Under the pieces are notes generated by a model. That model ran no database searches. It saw nothing but the letters and a program-made list of their open reading frames with translations, and was not told where the DNA came from. From contig JBLDXI010000029.1 in the NCBI GenBank assembly GCA_047495785.1, forward strand, positions 310,001 to 374,000: a stretch of 64,000 nt of DNA, in the 5' to 3' direction. The translations under genes were made by a program, and so were the position numbers. Of the stretch, positions 1-11,198 are shown piece by piece; positions within the stretch are counted from its first letter, which is position 1, and every line of letters starts with the position of its first letter. The stretch comes from Lepidodermella squamata (Eukaryota > Animalia > Gastrotricha).

Positions 1-2096
1 TAAATGTTTGTCTTTAGTACCTGCAAAAGGCTGTCTCCTAGTCCTGATTTCGCGTCGTTAAGTGATTGGAACATAAGCGGGGAGCCTTCATCACCGTCGC
101 AGGGCACATTCAAATCACGAGTGGCAGATTGGAAGCAGCTGTCAGTCGCTGGTTCGAACCCATCTTTCCAAGAAATCACGCAGTTTTCATCATCGAGCTT
201 CACGCCATGAACAAATCTTGGCAACGTTCTACTTGTCGGGCCGGATCGGCCATTTTTACCCCAGCCGGCTGTAAACTGGAATGAGCTGTGATCGATACTG
301 TTTGAATCTTTGCCATAGATCGAAATGTCGTTTACGTAAGCTGAGGTCATGTCGATTGGTGATTTCAACTTCAGCAGAGCAATGTCTCGTTCTGAGTTAC
401 CGGATCGAATAACGTTGGATATGGCATGCGTCTTTTTGTAGACAGAAGAGACTGCGAAGTCGTGAACACCAGTCACAACTGGAAGCTTGTATGCATCGCT
501 TGAATTCACGCATTTAGCCGAGGTTAGGACCCACAGTTCGTCGATAATCGAAACAGTGCACATGGTTTCATTGCCGAATACGTTGCCAAGGACGCCGAGC
601 CATGGAAACTGACCAGCTCGTGGGATTTGAGCTGATGACGACGTGTGAGCTGGAATCGGTGACAGCGGCAACTTCGGCTGTCCAGGCATCGCGACTTCAT
701 GAGTGTTGCGGCAGGCGCTAATTAGACGCTGGATCTCGGGCCAGGATAGGTCTGAGTAGTAAACCGATAAGCAGGATAGGCTGTCTCCACGGGCTAACGC
801 CCCGCCGACCCAAGCAAAGCCAATTTCTACGCCGGTAATACCGCTCATGTCAACCGCGACAGTTTTGGTTGTCTTTTGGGCGACACCATGCTTGTTGTAG
901 ATGGTGATTTGCTGAGAAAACGCGTTATAACTGAAGCTAACGAAATTCCAGACATAGTCTGTGCTCAGCATTGTAGATGCCACATCGTATCCTCCAGCAG
1001 ATAGGATTACTTTATTACCAGAGTAGTAAATTTGTGGCAGCCTGCGAGATGAGGGAATCGAGTCCGCCGAGAACTGAAATACTCCACCCTTCGAGTCTTT
1101 TTTACCCAGCCTGAGGAAAAACGAGACAGTGAAAGACTTTTTCGTATTTTGGAAAGCAGAATGCGAGAATCGGAACATTCCATTATCAGTGTCTTTTGCT
1201 GATACGATTGCGTTGAGCTCCCCTCCGAATGGACCGTTCGCTGGGACGAAATAACCATTGGTAGGAAAACTAGGGGAAAGGTCGTTCTTGCTCAAATCTT
1301 TAAACTTGTACTTATTGGTTAGGGGCCAGACTGCTATCAGGTTGTCAGTTGAAGGCCACATTGACGGGTACTCGCCCTTGTATTTGCAGGCATCACTCAG
1401 CTGACTGATATCATTCGGGCTAAGAACAGAGCTGTGAACTGTCACGCATGCAATAGCTTCGTTCGATTTCAAAATATGCGAAGCGCCATTTTTATCCTTC
1501 GCATAGCCAACAACGTAGCCTGTCATCGAGGTTGGCTCGATATAGAAGTCTCTGAAGCTCTGCTTCACAAAACCAGCTGAGTCGTAGAGTGTTACTTCAT
1601 TATTTGCATCGTCGTAGGTAACAGCGATGAAATTCCACTGGGATGGTGCAAAGAAATTTTCGGCTTTCTCAACGCGGATCGATGCGAATTTCTCGCTATA
1701 GCCGTAAACTTCAAGCGCGTAGCCTCGTCGTATGAGGCCAAGTCTTCTCGGCATAGTGTTTTCCTCCGAAAATATGCCAGTAGTTTCATAGGTGTAAGCA
1801 TTGTAATACATTGTATAAGTGAAGCTGGTGTAAGTGTTCTTAGTGGCGTTGTAGTAAACCATGGCGCTGCTACTCGATTTGACGCTGTAGCTCGACTGCG
1901 GCTCACCGAAAGGCCCATTGTATCTGGAATTTACCACCGCATTGCCGCTCGAGCTGATCGCCTGCTTGCCCGACAGGTCGTTAACACCATTTTTCGCGTC
2001 CATTACCGCGAAGAGCTCAAGACTCTCCGGGCGGACCCACGTTGCAGTAGTTGAACCACTGAGACCAATCAGCGAAAGTAGAAAGATTGAATACAT
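1..2096 (-). CDS. Secreted protein with two LamG/concanavalin-A-like domains plus a C-terminal trypsin-like serine protease homologue (catalytically inactive); 3' end outside window
   Basis: Manual translation from ATG 2096 (MYSIFLLSLIGLSGSTTA, signal peptide) is open to the window edge. There are two LamG-like repeats (NDLSGK...QWNFIAVTYD...IACVTV; IAVWPL..KDLSKN...VWNFVSFSYN...LSCLSV). Protease motifs follow: QFPWL, WVLTSAKC, DIALLKLK, AGWG, PCDGDEGSPL. Absent from the ORF track because there is no stop in the window. Confidence 0.85.
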   Translation of the reverse strand, partial: MYSIFLLSLIGLSGSTTATWVRPESLELFAVMDAKNGVNDLSGKQAISSSGNAVVNSRYNGPFGEPQSSYSVKSSSSAMVYYNATKNTYTSFTYTMYYNAYTYETTGIFSEENTMPRRLGLIRRGYALEVYGYSEKFASIRVEKAENFFAPSQWNFIAVTYDDANNEVTLYDSAGFVKQSFRDFYIEPTSMTGYVVGYAKDKNGASHILKSNEAIACVTVHSSVLSPNDISQLSDACKYKGEYPSMWPSTDNLIAVWPLTNKYKFKDLSKNDLSPSFPTNGYFVPANGPFGGELNAIVSAKDTDNGMFRFSHSAFQNTKKSFTVSFFLRLGKKDSKGGVFQFSADSIPSSRRLPQIYYSGNKVILSAGGYDVASTMLSTDYVWNFVSFSYNAFSQQITIYNKHGVAQKTTKTVAVDMSGITGVEIGFAWVGGALARGDSLSCLSVYYSDLSWPEIQRLISACRNTHEVAMPGQPKLPLSPIPAHTSSSAQIPRAGQFPWLGVLGNVFGNETMCTVSIIDELWVLTSAKCVNSSDAYKLPVVTGVHDFAVSSVYKKTHAISNVIRSGNSERDIALLKLKSPIDMTSAYVNDISIYGKDSNSIDHSSFQFTAGWGKNGRSGPTSRTLPRFVHGVKLDDENCVISWKDGFEPATDSCFQSATRDLNVPCDGDEGSPLMFQSLNDAKSGLGDSLLQVLKTNI

Positions 2097-2402
2097 TTTG
2101 GAAAATGCTGCTACTCAACGGTTTCAATTTAAGCTTTTATACCCAGATCAGCCCTTATCAGGCGCACATACCAGGTTGAAAATAGCTTATCAAATGCAGA
2201 CAAAATGACTGATTACAGGCCTATGTATGTCAGAGGACAAGAGGAGTGTCACACCATAGCCTGAGGAATAAAAAAACGCAGACCACCTACTGCATTTTTT
2301 CTCCGGTAAACATGGGCGTATACCACATCGTATGATGGATGTCAGGGCTTGCCAAGATTCGAAATTGTTATAGGGTTAAAATTGCCGTGGCTATGCTTAA
2401 GC

Positions 2403-2905
2403 CAGCGTTGGAAACAGGTCCGGTCGACCGACGCCGTTCCCGGTCCGTTCCCGTTCCAGGTCCGGTATGGGTCTCAAAAAACGCCACCGGTAGACCGGGA
2501 AAAGTTTAATTTTCAACTTGGCTGGCTGGGCGTGGGAAAAATCCTTGGAAAAACTAGATTTTCCAGTTTTGCTCATTATTCTGACTGTGAGCATTAGTGC
2601 GGCAGTGCAATGTTTTGCACTCTTATTGGATGGTTGGGCTGGTAGGGGGTTTCCTGACTATTAAACTGACCCCGATCGAAAGGCACTGTAAGTCTTAGAA
2701 GGCTCCCTAGCATAGATTGATCTGATTTTTTAGGTGACTTAAGAATTTTTATGCGTTTGGTATCTTGTTTTCGCTAGTTTCATGCGATTTGAAAAATGCA
2801 GTTCTGAAACCGGTAGAACGGGCCGTTCCCGGCCCGGTCATGTTTGACTTCAACCGTTCGCAGGTCCGGTACCGGTCTGCAAAACCTTACCTGTTTCCAA
2901 CACTG
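2403..2905. mobile_element. Non-autonomous hAT-like DNA transposon (MITE)
   Basis: 17-bp TIRs CAGCGTTGGAAACAGGT / ACCTGTTTCCAACACTG (1 mismatch); perfect 8-bp TSD GCTTAAGC at 2395-2402 and 2906-2913; subterminal CCGGT/CCGTT repeats at both ends. Confidence 0.9.
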
Positions 2906-3550
2906 GCTTAAGCGACCAGGTGTGCGAATCCATGAAATGTAATACATACACTAATTGTAGCAGATTGATATTTTCATTTTTCGTGTTCTCGTTTTTAATT
3001 GCTTTTATTCAATAAATGAGAGGATAAATGCAAAGCAAGATAGATTGATTAAGCAGGATTCGATTGAGTTAGGTGTCTTCGATTGAGTATCTCGAACAAA
3101 GTCTAAGTTGTCTGCTCAAACTTTGGCATTAAATTATTATTATTATCAAAATCCTGAGGATGAACAGTGGCATGCGCTATTCAAAGCCGATGTTCAGCTA
3201 ATGTTAATTCTGAAAGCGATAAACTAATTGAAGGAATAAGAGCACTTCCATGAGCGCGATTTGCCTCCATACCGGTGCCGTCATTCAAAAATTATTTTTA
3301 CAAAATTTGTGTCATTCGGGACAATGGTCACCTTCCTTAAAAGTCATTCTAGAACGCTGATAACTGTTCCAGACAGTAACTTTTTGAGCCGCACATTTTG
3401 GTGAATTTTCCAGATTTTATTTCAAGTCTAACTCGTCGAAAACTGGGCTTAAGTGACATGAAAAAATGTAAATTGCCTAATTTTTAGTTGAAAATGTGAT
3501 TCTCGGAATCAGCGATTTTTTTAACCCTAGAAATGAGTTGATAAACCCTT

Positions 3551-4472
3551 CACTCTCAAAAAAGTCCCGTACCCCACTTTTCGGTCCCATTCTAAACGCA
3601 AATGTCACTTTATATTTTCATAATTGTCCTTTAATGGGTAAAGGAACGTGTACATTTTGAAATCTTGCCACTTGTCCCTTTATCGGCTTTAATTGTCCCT
3701 TAGTAGGCTAAAGGGACAGTTTCAATGCAAAACAAAACCCGAATCAGAGAGAAATTTTGCCAATTGACAAAGGGACATTTTCAGTGCACAAAAACTAACA
3801 TATTTTTTAGGTAAAACTAAAAATGTCACTTTGTCATAAAGGCTGATAAATTTTGTGCATATGCAAATAAATTGGCTGGAATACACGCTGATTACTGAGG
3901 AGTGGGGTCAAAGAATAATTTTCAGTGAAATTCCATCTCGCGTCGATCTTCAACTTGAACCTTGGACTTCATCATGACCCATGACCACCTTTATCTACTT
4001 TTGCCCTTACCACTTCCCTGACACCTCACTTGACGCCCTTCGTAATAGATAATAGATTGTATTAGATTCTGAGCGTTGAAGTTGAGAGGATCTTCTGAAC
4101 TCAAAAGATCGATAGGTCAACAATATGAATAAAAATAATGAATGAACCCACGGATGGACTACAAACGTCACTCATAATCATCGAAATAATGGGACCTTTG
4201 CGTTTTATCAATCAATATTACGATGAAACGAAGATAAATTTAACATTATAGTTGTCTTTGTTCTCCTCCATTGCGTAGAGGAGAATGGGTACGCGGGAAG
4301 AACTTTGTCACGTTCTAAGTAAGGGACAATTACACGATGACAAAGGGACATTTTAGAAGCTTTTATCCTGCTCGCGGCTATTTTGTCCCTTTATCCCAAA
4401 AGAAAGTGACAAAGTTCTTCCCGCGTCTTTATTCTTTTTGTATAGGGCTATAACGGGACTTTTATGAGAGTG
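3551..4472. mobile_element. Non-autonomous CMC/EnSpm (CACTA-like) DNA transposon
   Basis: TIRs CACTCTCAAAAAAGTCCCGT / ACGGGACTTTTATGAGAGTG; 2-bp TSD TT; many subterminal TGTCCCT/AGGGACA repeats in both orientations. Confidence 0.8.
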
Positions 4473-4917
4473 TTCGATTCAAATTTTTTTATTTTTCGCT
4501 AATTGCCGGTTACGGTTAGCTAATTGAGAGAAAAATGGGTAACCAGTGGGCAGAGCGTCATTGATTTCCTACTGGGTTGTGTTTTTAATGCGAAATCGCT
4601 ATTTTTAAGGGGGCAAACATTGTGTTAAAAATTTCTCAGTTTTTCGAATTTGTGGACCCGCATGTCCGCTTAATATAACGGATGCGCTAAATTCTTATTA
4701 CGCACATTGTTATCGCATACCGTTTTCCGCATCAGGCAATCGTTAAGCTCACACTCCCCTCACTGACCCTAATTATGCCACATATGTTTCAACGTTTTTT
4801 GCATGATTGTGGATAAGAGTGCCGTGTTATAGCGGAGAAGATATTTCATGAAGTTACGAGACATGCAACGACAAAATAACATGTTGTTCATTTCAGTGAC
4901 TTATTTTTTTCAGAAAA

Positions 4918-5695
4918 ATGTTCGTATTATTAACTGTTCTACTACATTTCAGCCACGTCTCATCGACGCCGACGCACTCGGGTGAGGGTGACATTAAAAA
5001 TAGCACACAATGTCTCAGAATGATTTTCGTGTTACACAGGTGGCGATGTTGTCAAAAATGAAGACTATTACAAGTCTTTCGAGGACTTGATGACTGCAAT
5101 CGGCAATTACGATCTCGGAGGGGTGCGCGAAATAATCGGGCCTGCGACTTCAACCAGTCCGTTTTCCCTTGCTCTTATCAACGAAGTCGAGAGCAACGCT
5201 GCAGGCGACACTCCGCTCAAAAAAGCCGTCAAGCAAGGCGATGTTGAAATGGTCGAGTTTTTACTGGCGAAAGGTGCCGAAGTCGATGCAGCGGATGTTT
5301 GGGGCACGACGGCTATCGAAATCGCTGCCAGTCTAAATCAACTGCCGATTGCTGAAGCGTTGTTGAAAGCCGGTGCTGACGTGAATTCGGTTGATATATT
5401 CGGATTTACGCCGCTGATGATAGCGGCTGGGCGCGGGTTCTCTGTCATGCATCAATTTCTGCTGGACCACGGCGCTGATGCTACGTTGCCGATGCCGGGT
5501 GAAGATGCTTGGTTGGCAATGGAACTGGCCCAAGGTTCGACCAACAGCGATGAAATAGCTCGCGTTTTAACTGATTTCATGGAGGGTGTCCTGAATGGCG
5601 ATCACGCGGATAGCGAACAGAGAAATGCGACCACAACTATGGAAAATGATGATGAGTACAGGAGCAGAGAGCAAAACGACTTGCGCAAAAAATAA
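4918..5695 (+). CDS. Ankyrin-repeat protein with a predicted N-terminal signal peptide (2 exons)
   Basis: Exon 1 4918-4981 (MFVLLTVLLHFSHVSSTPTHS); phase-1 GT-AG intron 4982-5039; exon 2 in frame with ORF 5087-5695. Ankyrin motifs GDTPLKKAV, GTTAIEIAA, GFTPLMIAA, LLxxGADVN. Confidence 0.85.
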
Positions 5696-6163
5696 AATTA
5701 TCTAGTCCCGCCTGTTGTATAAATTGTGTAGGCGAGTTCATGTCATATTTCATAGTGCGAAGTAGGACCGCGGAACTGGTAAGGATGACAAAAATCGAAA
5801 TAAGTGTCCCCCTTTGGTCTTTGACTGAGCTCCGTAGCGATGGAACTGGTAGGGATGATCCCTACCTCACTAGCGGTTCTTCGCTCTCTGTCATATTTTG
5901 CTCGGTGTGTATCTCTGCTACGCTTTAGCAACCGTGTTCTGCAAATAAAAACCCTCCAGGTCACGAACTCACGAACTCAGGAAGTTATACCGCTGGCTTT
6001 TCATCTAGAATTTATTACTACTTTGCTACCCTTCAGCCTTAAAAGTAAATAAAATTCGCGATGAGGTGATGATCTCACTGCAGGAAATTGCGCGCAGTTT
6101 TCACCAAGTTCGCATCAAATTCAGAATGCAAAAACGAAGCGTAACTTCCATAACCAATCCATA

Positions 6164-6994
6164 ATGCCGGGCATCTTAGCGGTAGTTGCGTGTGCATTTA
6201 CGTGTGCTTTTGGTTGTTTCACGGTTGCTTTGTCATCGAGCCCTTTAGCTTTTTGGCCACTTCGCGCTGCTAATCAGCTGCTCGACCTCAGCGGGAATGA
6301 TTTGAAAGGTGCTAGTAAAACGCCGCTATCATTCCCAGCCAACTCACCATTAGACGGATACACTTCACTTCGAATCGGCCCTTCTGACGATGAGCACGCA
6401 ACTTTCAGCGACTCCAAGCTCGATCTAGGTTCAGGCTCAACATCTTGGACCTATGCGCTGTATTTCAAATTTGACGGCCGGGTTGGGATACCGATATTTG
6501 AATATGACCCGAGCGCAGGGGCTGACCTCGGTTTCCACTTGTGGGCAAATTTTGGATTAGGAGTTGACACTACAAACTACTTGTTCGCTAATTTGAACTT
6601 GCAAAATACCAACGACAACTCTCTGCACGGCCCATGCTCCTTTAACAACGGGTGGCAATTTGTTGCTGTCACATTTCAAGCAGCAAGCTACAACTACAGC
6701 TTATTTTGCGGTGACAAATTTGTGGCAAGCCGAATGTTGAGTATGAACGTTGACACAGCTTCTGGAGTTTTGAAGGTAGGCAAGCGGTCCAAAAAGGCAA
6801 TTGATACTACGTCGCTTGCCTGTTGGTTTTCGATATGGACATCCGCACTGAACGTCGAAGAACTTATGCGCTTGAAACAACGCGGAACCGATAAATACTT
6901 TCTTGATAGGCCGGATTTAGTAACCGGCGCAACTATGCCCAGCGTGTTCGATTCATACTACCTGGATATTCTCGGATCAAGAAAGCATTTATGA
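6164..6994 (+). CDS. Secreted LamG/pentraxin-like (concanavalin-A fold) protein
   Basis: Hydrophobic N-terminus; motifs LAFWPL...DLSGN, SWTYALYFK, PIFEY, GWQFVAVTF, LACWFSIWTSAL. Same family as the two domains of the 1-2096 gene. Confidence 0.75.
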   Translation: MPGILAVVACAFTCAFGCFTVALSSSPLAFWPLRAANQLLDLSGNDLKGASKTPLSFPANSPLDGYTSLRIGPSDDEHATFSDSKLDLGSGSTSWTYALYFKFDGRVGIPIFEYDPSAGADLGFHLWANFGLGVDTTNYLFANLNLQNTNDNSLHGPCSFNNGWQFVAVTFQAASYNYSLFCGDKFVASRMLSMNVDTASGVLKVGKRSKKAIDTTSLACWFSIWTSALNVEELMRLKQRGTDKYFLDRPDLVTGATMPSVFDSYYLDILGSRKHL

Positions 6995-7296
6995 AATTCT
7001 ATGGAAATTTTTTTCAAAGTAAACAAAAAACTTGCGAATTAAGCTATGGATTTTTCGCGCTTGCATGGCAAGCATACTCGAGATGATTGCGCATCTCGCA
7101 GATTCAAGCTAAACCTTTGAAAAGCCTGGATACTTTGCCTTCTGTCTTTTCAACTTTTATCGCTAATGAAATAGAGGGAGCCACGATACCACAAATTACA
7201 CTTTTCGTGCCGGAAATTTCCCTAAACAACGAGTAACATTATGTACTTCTAACTTACAACTTCAATCCTCTCAATCCTCCAGCTTTCGATCTTCTC

Positions 7297-9520
7297 ATGA
7301 ATTATCTTTTCATTCCTTTTTTTATTCGTAATCTGTTTCTCATTGGCCACTTTTCAATCCTCAGGAAAAGCTCTGTGGCAACCCAGTTGCGGTTTTGTGT
7401 CGCCTATGACCACCCCCAACCAGCAGAAAATCGACGTTCTCTACTCCACACAAATGACGGCTACCCAGACAACGAAAGAAGCTCACTTTGAGATCTGGAT
7501 CAAAACAAATGCCCTCCAGGATGAAAACGATGGCTATGCTATTTATTTCGTCAAAGAAAGTAGTATTGCTGTTTCCAAAGGTAAGTGATAGTGTTGAGAT
7601 ATATGTGTCCTGAAGTTCAAACAATTCCCAGAGGAATGTCGTTTGTACAAAAACTATGGATTGAAAAGCGAGGAAGGCGTTCTGCAACCCGGATTTAGAA
7701 TTCGCTACTACAGATCACTGATCCAAGTGCATCTTTTCGACAGTTTCGACAACCCCGCAATATGGCAGGACGAGAACAATCTTGGACTTCACGCAGTCAA
7801 CGCATCATCCAAGTTAGGCTTAATCGGGACATGCCCATATAAGCCGAAGAAAAATGACGACCTGACGTACACAATTACTGCAATGAATGGCAAACTTCAG
7901 GTTTCTCTGATCGAAAACCGTCGAGATTCTACGATCAAAAATTGCGCTACTACTGTTGATGATACGAAGTTCTCCGGTTTCCTGGAGAGCGGTGAATACA
8001 CGTTGGCAGTTGCGGTTGGGAACGACCTTGCAGAAATGGCAAGTGGCGCTGAAGTTGTAAGCATAACCCACGGATTGATAATAAATCCCACAGTTAGTTC
8101 AACGGCATCAACCCAGACGTCAAAAGTAGAGCTTTCTTCTACCAGTAGTAGCTCGGATACTTCAACCGTCAAAGTTACGATCACTTATCCCACTCTTTCG
8201 CCCGAAATCACTGTCAAGCTTGCGACTTCAGTCCGAATCCCCGTTCCTACTTCACCCGTTATTGAGGATAAGCCCACTACCCAAGCCTCAATTACTATGC
8301 CTTCATCCAAGAGCAATGTGCAAACCACTACTTCGCCACAAATCGATGTCGACATTACTAGCAGCACCCAAGAAGCTTCGACAACTTCTAACGCGGAAAT
8401 ATCCGTCATGAATATTGAGGATATGTATTTGAAACTTGAGGCTCAGGCTGAGAATCAAGTTTTTCCGAATCCACCTAAGCCAACGCCGAGTTCAAATTTG
8501 ACAACGGATGAGTTGATCCGATGGTGTTCGAACCTCTCCCCACTTAATCGAAGCCCGTCGCCAGTTAACTTACCACTGCGAGTGACCTTCACCTTGGACC
8601 GCCTCGCTAAAGTCGAAGAGACGGAAAAGACTTTCTCAGTCACTGGGCAGCTTTATACTAGATGGATGGTTGTTAGATGTCGCTTTAATGGCTCTTTCAC
8701 TTCCGATCGGTTGAAAGTCACGGATCTCAACTCGATTTGGCACCCGGAAATTGAATTCGAAAACGCAGCCGCAGATTTGGGAATGTCTTCGGGTAACATT
8801 GGTAATTACATGGAGTTGTATCTAAACCGAACACAAGATAATGCTACTTTTTGGCCGATCTACTTCTATTGGAGACAATACGGATTGTTCGAGGCTAGTT
8901 GCGAATTTGACCTCTCGAAATTCCCGTTCGATTCACATATTTGCGATATAACTTATCGCGTTCAGCAGCCTGTTAATCTCGTATCGATAACGAGAGCAAA
9001 TCTTTCTGTCATGAGCGGCGATTCGATAAGCACTCTCGAAGAATGGCGCGTTTATCCAATGGGTTTCAGGATAGAAACTACGAAAAACAAGCTGAGGAAT
9101 GATTTGCAATCGAGCCGCGTGGTTTTTTCAATCGAGCTGCGGCGAAAACCCGACTATTTCTTGTTCAATCTCCTCGGCCCGTGTTTCGTATTGACACTTC
9201 TTGCATTCAGCACGATTTTACTGTCGCCAGATATCACCGATCGAGCTTGTTTCAATGTTTACCTACTGCTTGCTTACACAGCATCGATCGGGCCGTTGAC
9301 GTCGAAAATTCCGCGATCTAATCAACGAATTTTTATCTCGGATCTAATATATCTGCTCCAGGGTGTCAGTCTTCTGTTGACAACCGAAAGTTTATTTGTT
9401 CTATGGCTCGGCCAGCAGAAATCTCGCTTGAAAACGTGTCGGATCATCGATTTCATCGTTTATAGTGTTTTGCTTGCTGCTCTTGTTCTGATATTTTCTT
9501 TTACTTCCTGGAAAGTTTGA
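7297..9520 (+). CDS. Cys-loop (pentameric) ligand-gated ion channel subunit with an N-terminal L-type-lectin-like domain and Ser/Thr mucin stalk (apparent 1-nt frameshift in the T7 run at 7317-7323)
   Basis: Channel core in ORF 7643-9520: W-x-P (IWHPEI), Cys-loop C-x13-C (CEFDLSKFPFDSHIC), RRKPDYFLFNLLGPC, four TM helices. Phase-1 intron 7581-7631 joins the 7343 ORF frame to it. Removing one T from 7317-7323 gives a signal peptide, MNYLFIPFLFVICFSLATFQSSG. The channel call is strong; the 5' model is moderate. Confidence 0.8.
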
Positions 9521-10169
9521 GTCTGTGTCGGAAGCTTAGATCTTGATCGAACCGTAATTTGAAACACTGAACTTGAATGTGTATCAGAATCTAAAGAAGA
9601 AATATGTTAAGCTTCAAAATCTGAGGCGATGCGGTTTGCTGATGCAGCTTTTAATCTCCATTTATCAGCCTTGTGATGATAACGCGAATTTGTTTCTGAT
9701 TCAAATAATTGCTATACACTTATCAGTAAGTAAAGTATCCGTAATATGTCGCGTTACTTTAAAAGTTACATAATTCGTTCACAAAATACAAGCAAAAATT
9801 TGCCTAACCTATCATATTAGACTGGAGCTTACATGGGCCCCTCACTATTTACGGTTTTACACTACATTTAACAACCGAGATTCTCTTCTACTTAGCAGCC
9901 CAAATCCTAAATCTTCTCTTTTTCATGATAGATTTGATGAACCTATTAGCTCCGAATGCGTGACTGCATCATACGATTCATTTGCCATCATTTATCAGAG
10001 AGGAAGATGGCAAACAAAACCGAGAAATGTAGCAACCTGAGCATGATCCTGCTTCCTAATTTATTCGTGCAAGCCTGGGTTGGCCTCAGTTACCACAAAA
10101 ACTCATATAACAAAATGTTAACAAATAATCATTTTTTCAAATGGGATAAGCAAGACATCACGTCGTGTC

Positions 10170-11090
10170 CTATAAATTGGTGAGGGTTGTAGTTGTAGCC
10201 TCAAATTTGAGGTATTCGATTAAAGAAGGTGAAAGCAGTGCACCTAGGCCTTGCTCGATTGCTTGTTGTCGGCTGACAAAGCCCCGCGGCAGCCGTCTTA
10301 AGATTGCCAACCTCGCCATGAACTTCAGCTTCAGAGGAAAAATATCAGAAACAGCGGAATTCGCCAACTGGAGTATCTCTTCCTGGTTCGTGAAAACTCT
10401 TACTAGCTCATCTTTATCAAAGGACCCGTCCTCTCGGGAAGAAAGCAGCGCATCGAGAAAGCGATGTTCAACGTCTGACGCTGGCTGCTTACTATCAGCC
10501 TTCAGCTTTGCGATACGAACTAGAGCTGTAGCAGCTAGCTTGTAGCCAGAGTAGCCTGGGCAACCAGATTGGATTAATAAAGGAATAATCTCACTCATGT
10601 GGTATGGATCGCCGATTCCCAGATGAAATGATCTTCTGCCCATTAAAGCAATGTGATCCAATGGGTTAACAGTTGGCTTTGATTGATGCAGGTTGACTAT
10701 TGACTCAGTTTGTGGCGTTTTCAACAACAACTCGACAACCCTTACGCAACCGGTTCTGATGGCAGATGTCAGAGCACTGGAACGAGCGGCGTTTATCGAC
10801 TCGATAGCCTGAGACGCGTCCGGATGCTGTAGGATCGCTCGGAAAACATCTTCGGTGTGTTCGCCGAAGCCACTAAACCTGTGGATGATTGTAGAACCGG
10901 AGTGCTTTCTCTCCAAAATGTCGGCTCCGTTGCGAATCAAACGCGCTAGGATTTCCGCTCCGCATTTGTCAAGAGAACAAGTTGCGCCCTTGTCGAGTAG
11001 TTCGTTGATCTTGGTTTTATTCCGCCATTGAATGGCTTGCTCCAGGTCTTTACGGTAACGGTTTCTCAAAACACGCTTAGGCTCTTTCAT
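10170..11090 (-). CDS. Ankyrin-repeat and SOCS-box protein (ASB-like E3 adaptor), intronless
   Basis: Degenerate ankyrin repeats (GSTIIHRF, RSSALTSAIRTGCVRVVELLL, VNPLDHIA); C-terminal SOCS box PLKLKFMARLAILRRL...LSPSLIEYLKFE. Confidence 0.75.
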   Translation of the reverse strand: MKEPKRVLRNRYRKDLEQAIQWRNKTKINELLDKGATCSLDKCGAEILARLIRNGADILERKHSGSTIIHRFSGFGEHTEDVFRAILQHPDASQAIESINAARSSALTSAIRTGCVRVVELLLKTPQTESIVNLHQSKPTVNPLDHIALMGRRSFHLGIGDPYHMSEIIPLLIQSGCPGYSGYKLAATALVRIAKLKADSKQPASDVEHRFLDALLSSREDGSFDKDELVRVFTNQEEILQLANSAVSDIFPLKLKFMARLAILRRLPRGFVSRQQAIEQGLGALLSPSLIEYLKFEATTTTLTNL

Positions 11091-11124
11091 TGCATCGATA
11101 GCGGTCTTGCAGTTTTAAAGTCAT

Positions 11125-11198
11125 TTATCAGGTACTTATCACGTTATAAGGTTATCATAAGGTTATCACGTAGCTAACAATGGTAATAACTGTTATCA
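11125..11198. promoter_or_regulatory. Homotypic cluster of five GATA-type sites (TGATAA on minus strand) just upstream of the ASB-like gene
   Basis: TTATCA at 11125, 11136, 11152, 11163 and 11193, starting about 35 bp upstream of the ATG at 11090. Confidence 0.45.

Noticed and set aside
1-620. Active trypsin
   Set aside because: The catalytic His and Ser are substituted.
2349-2597. ORFs 2349-2597 and 2397-2594
   Set aside because: They fall in the subterminal repeats of the hAT-like MITE and are most likely spurious.
6164-9520. One LamG-lectin-channel fusion gene
   Set aside because: The LamG ORF has its own stop, the splice paths I tried are out of phase without the same indel, and a good signal peptide exists at 7297. 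Not excluded without RNA data.
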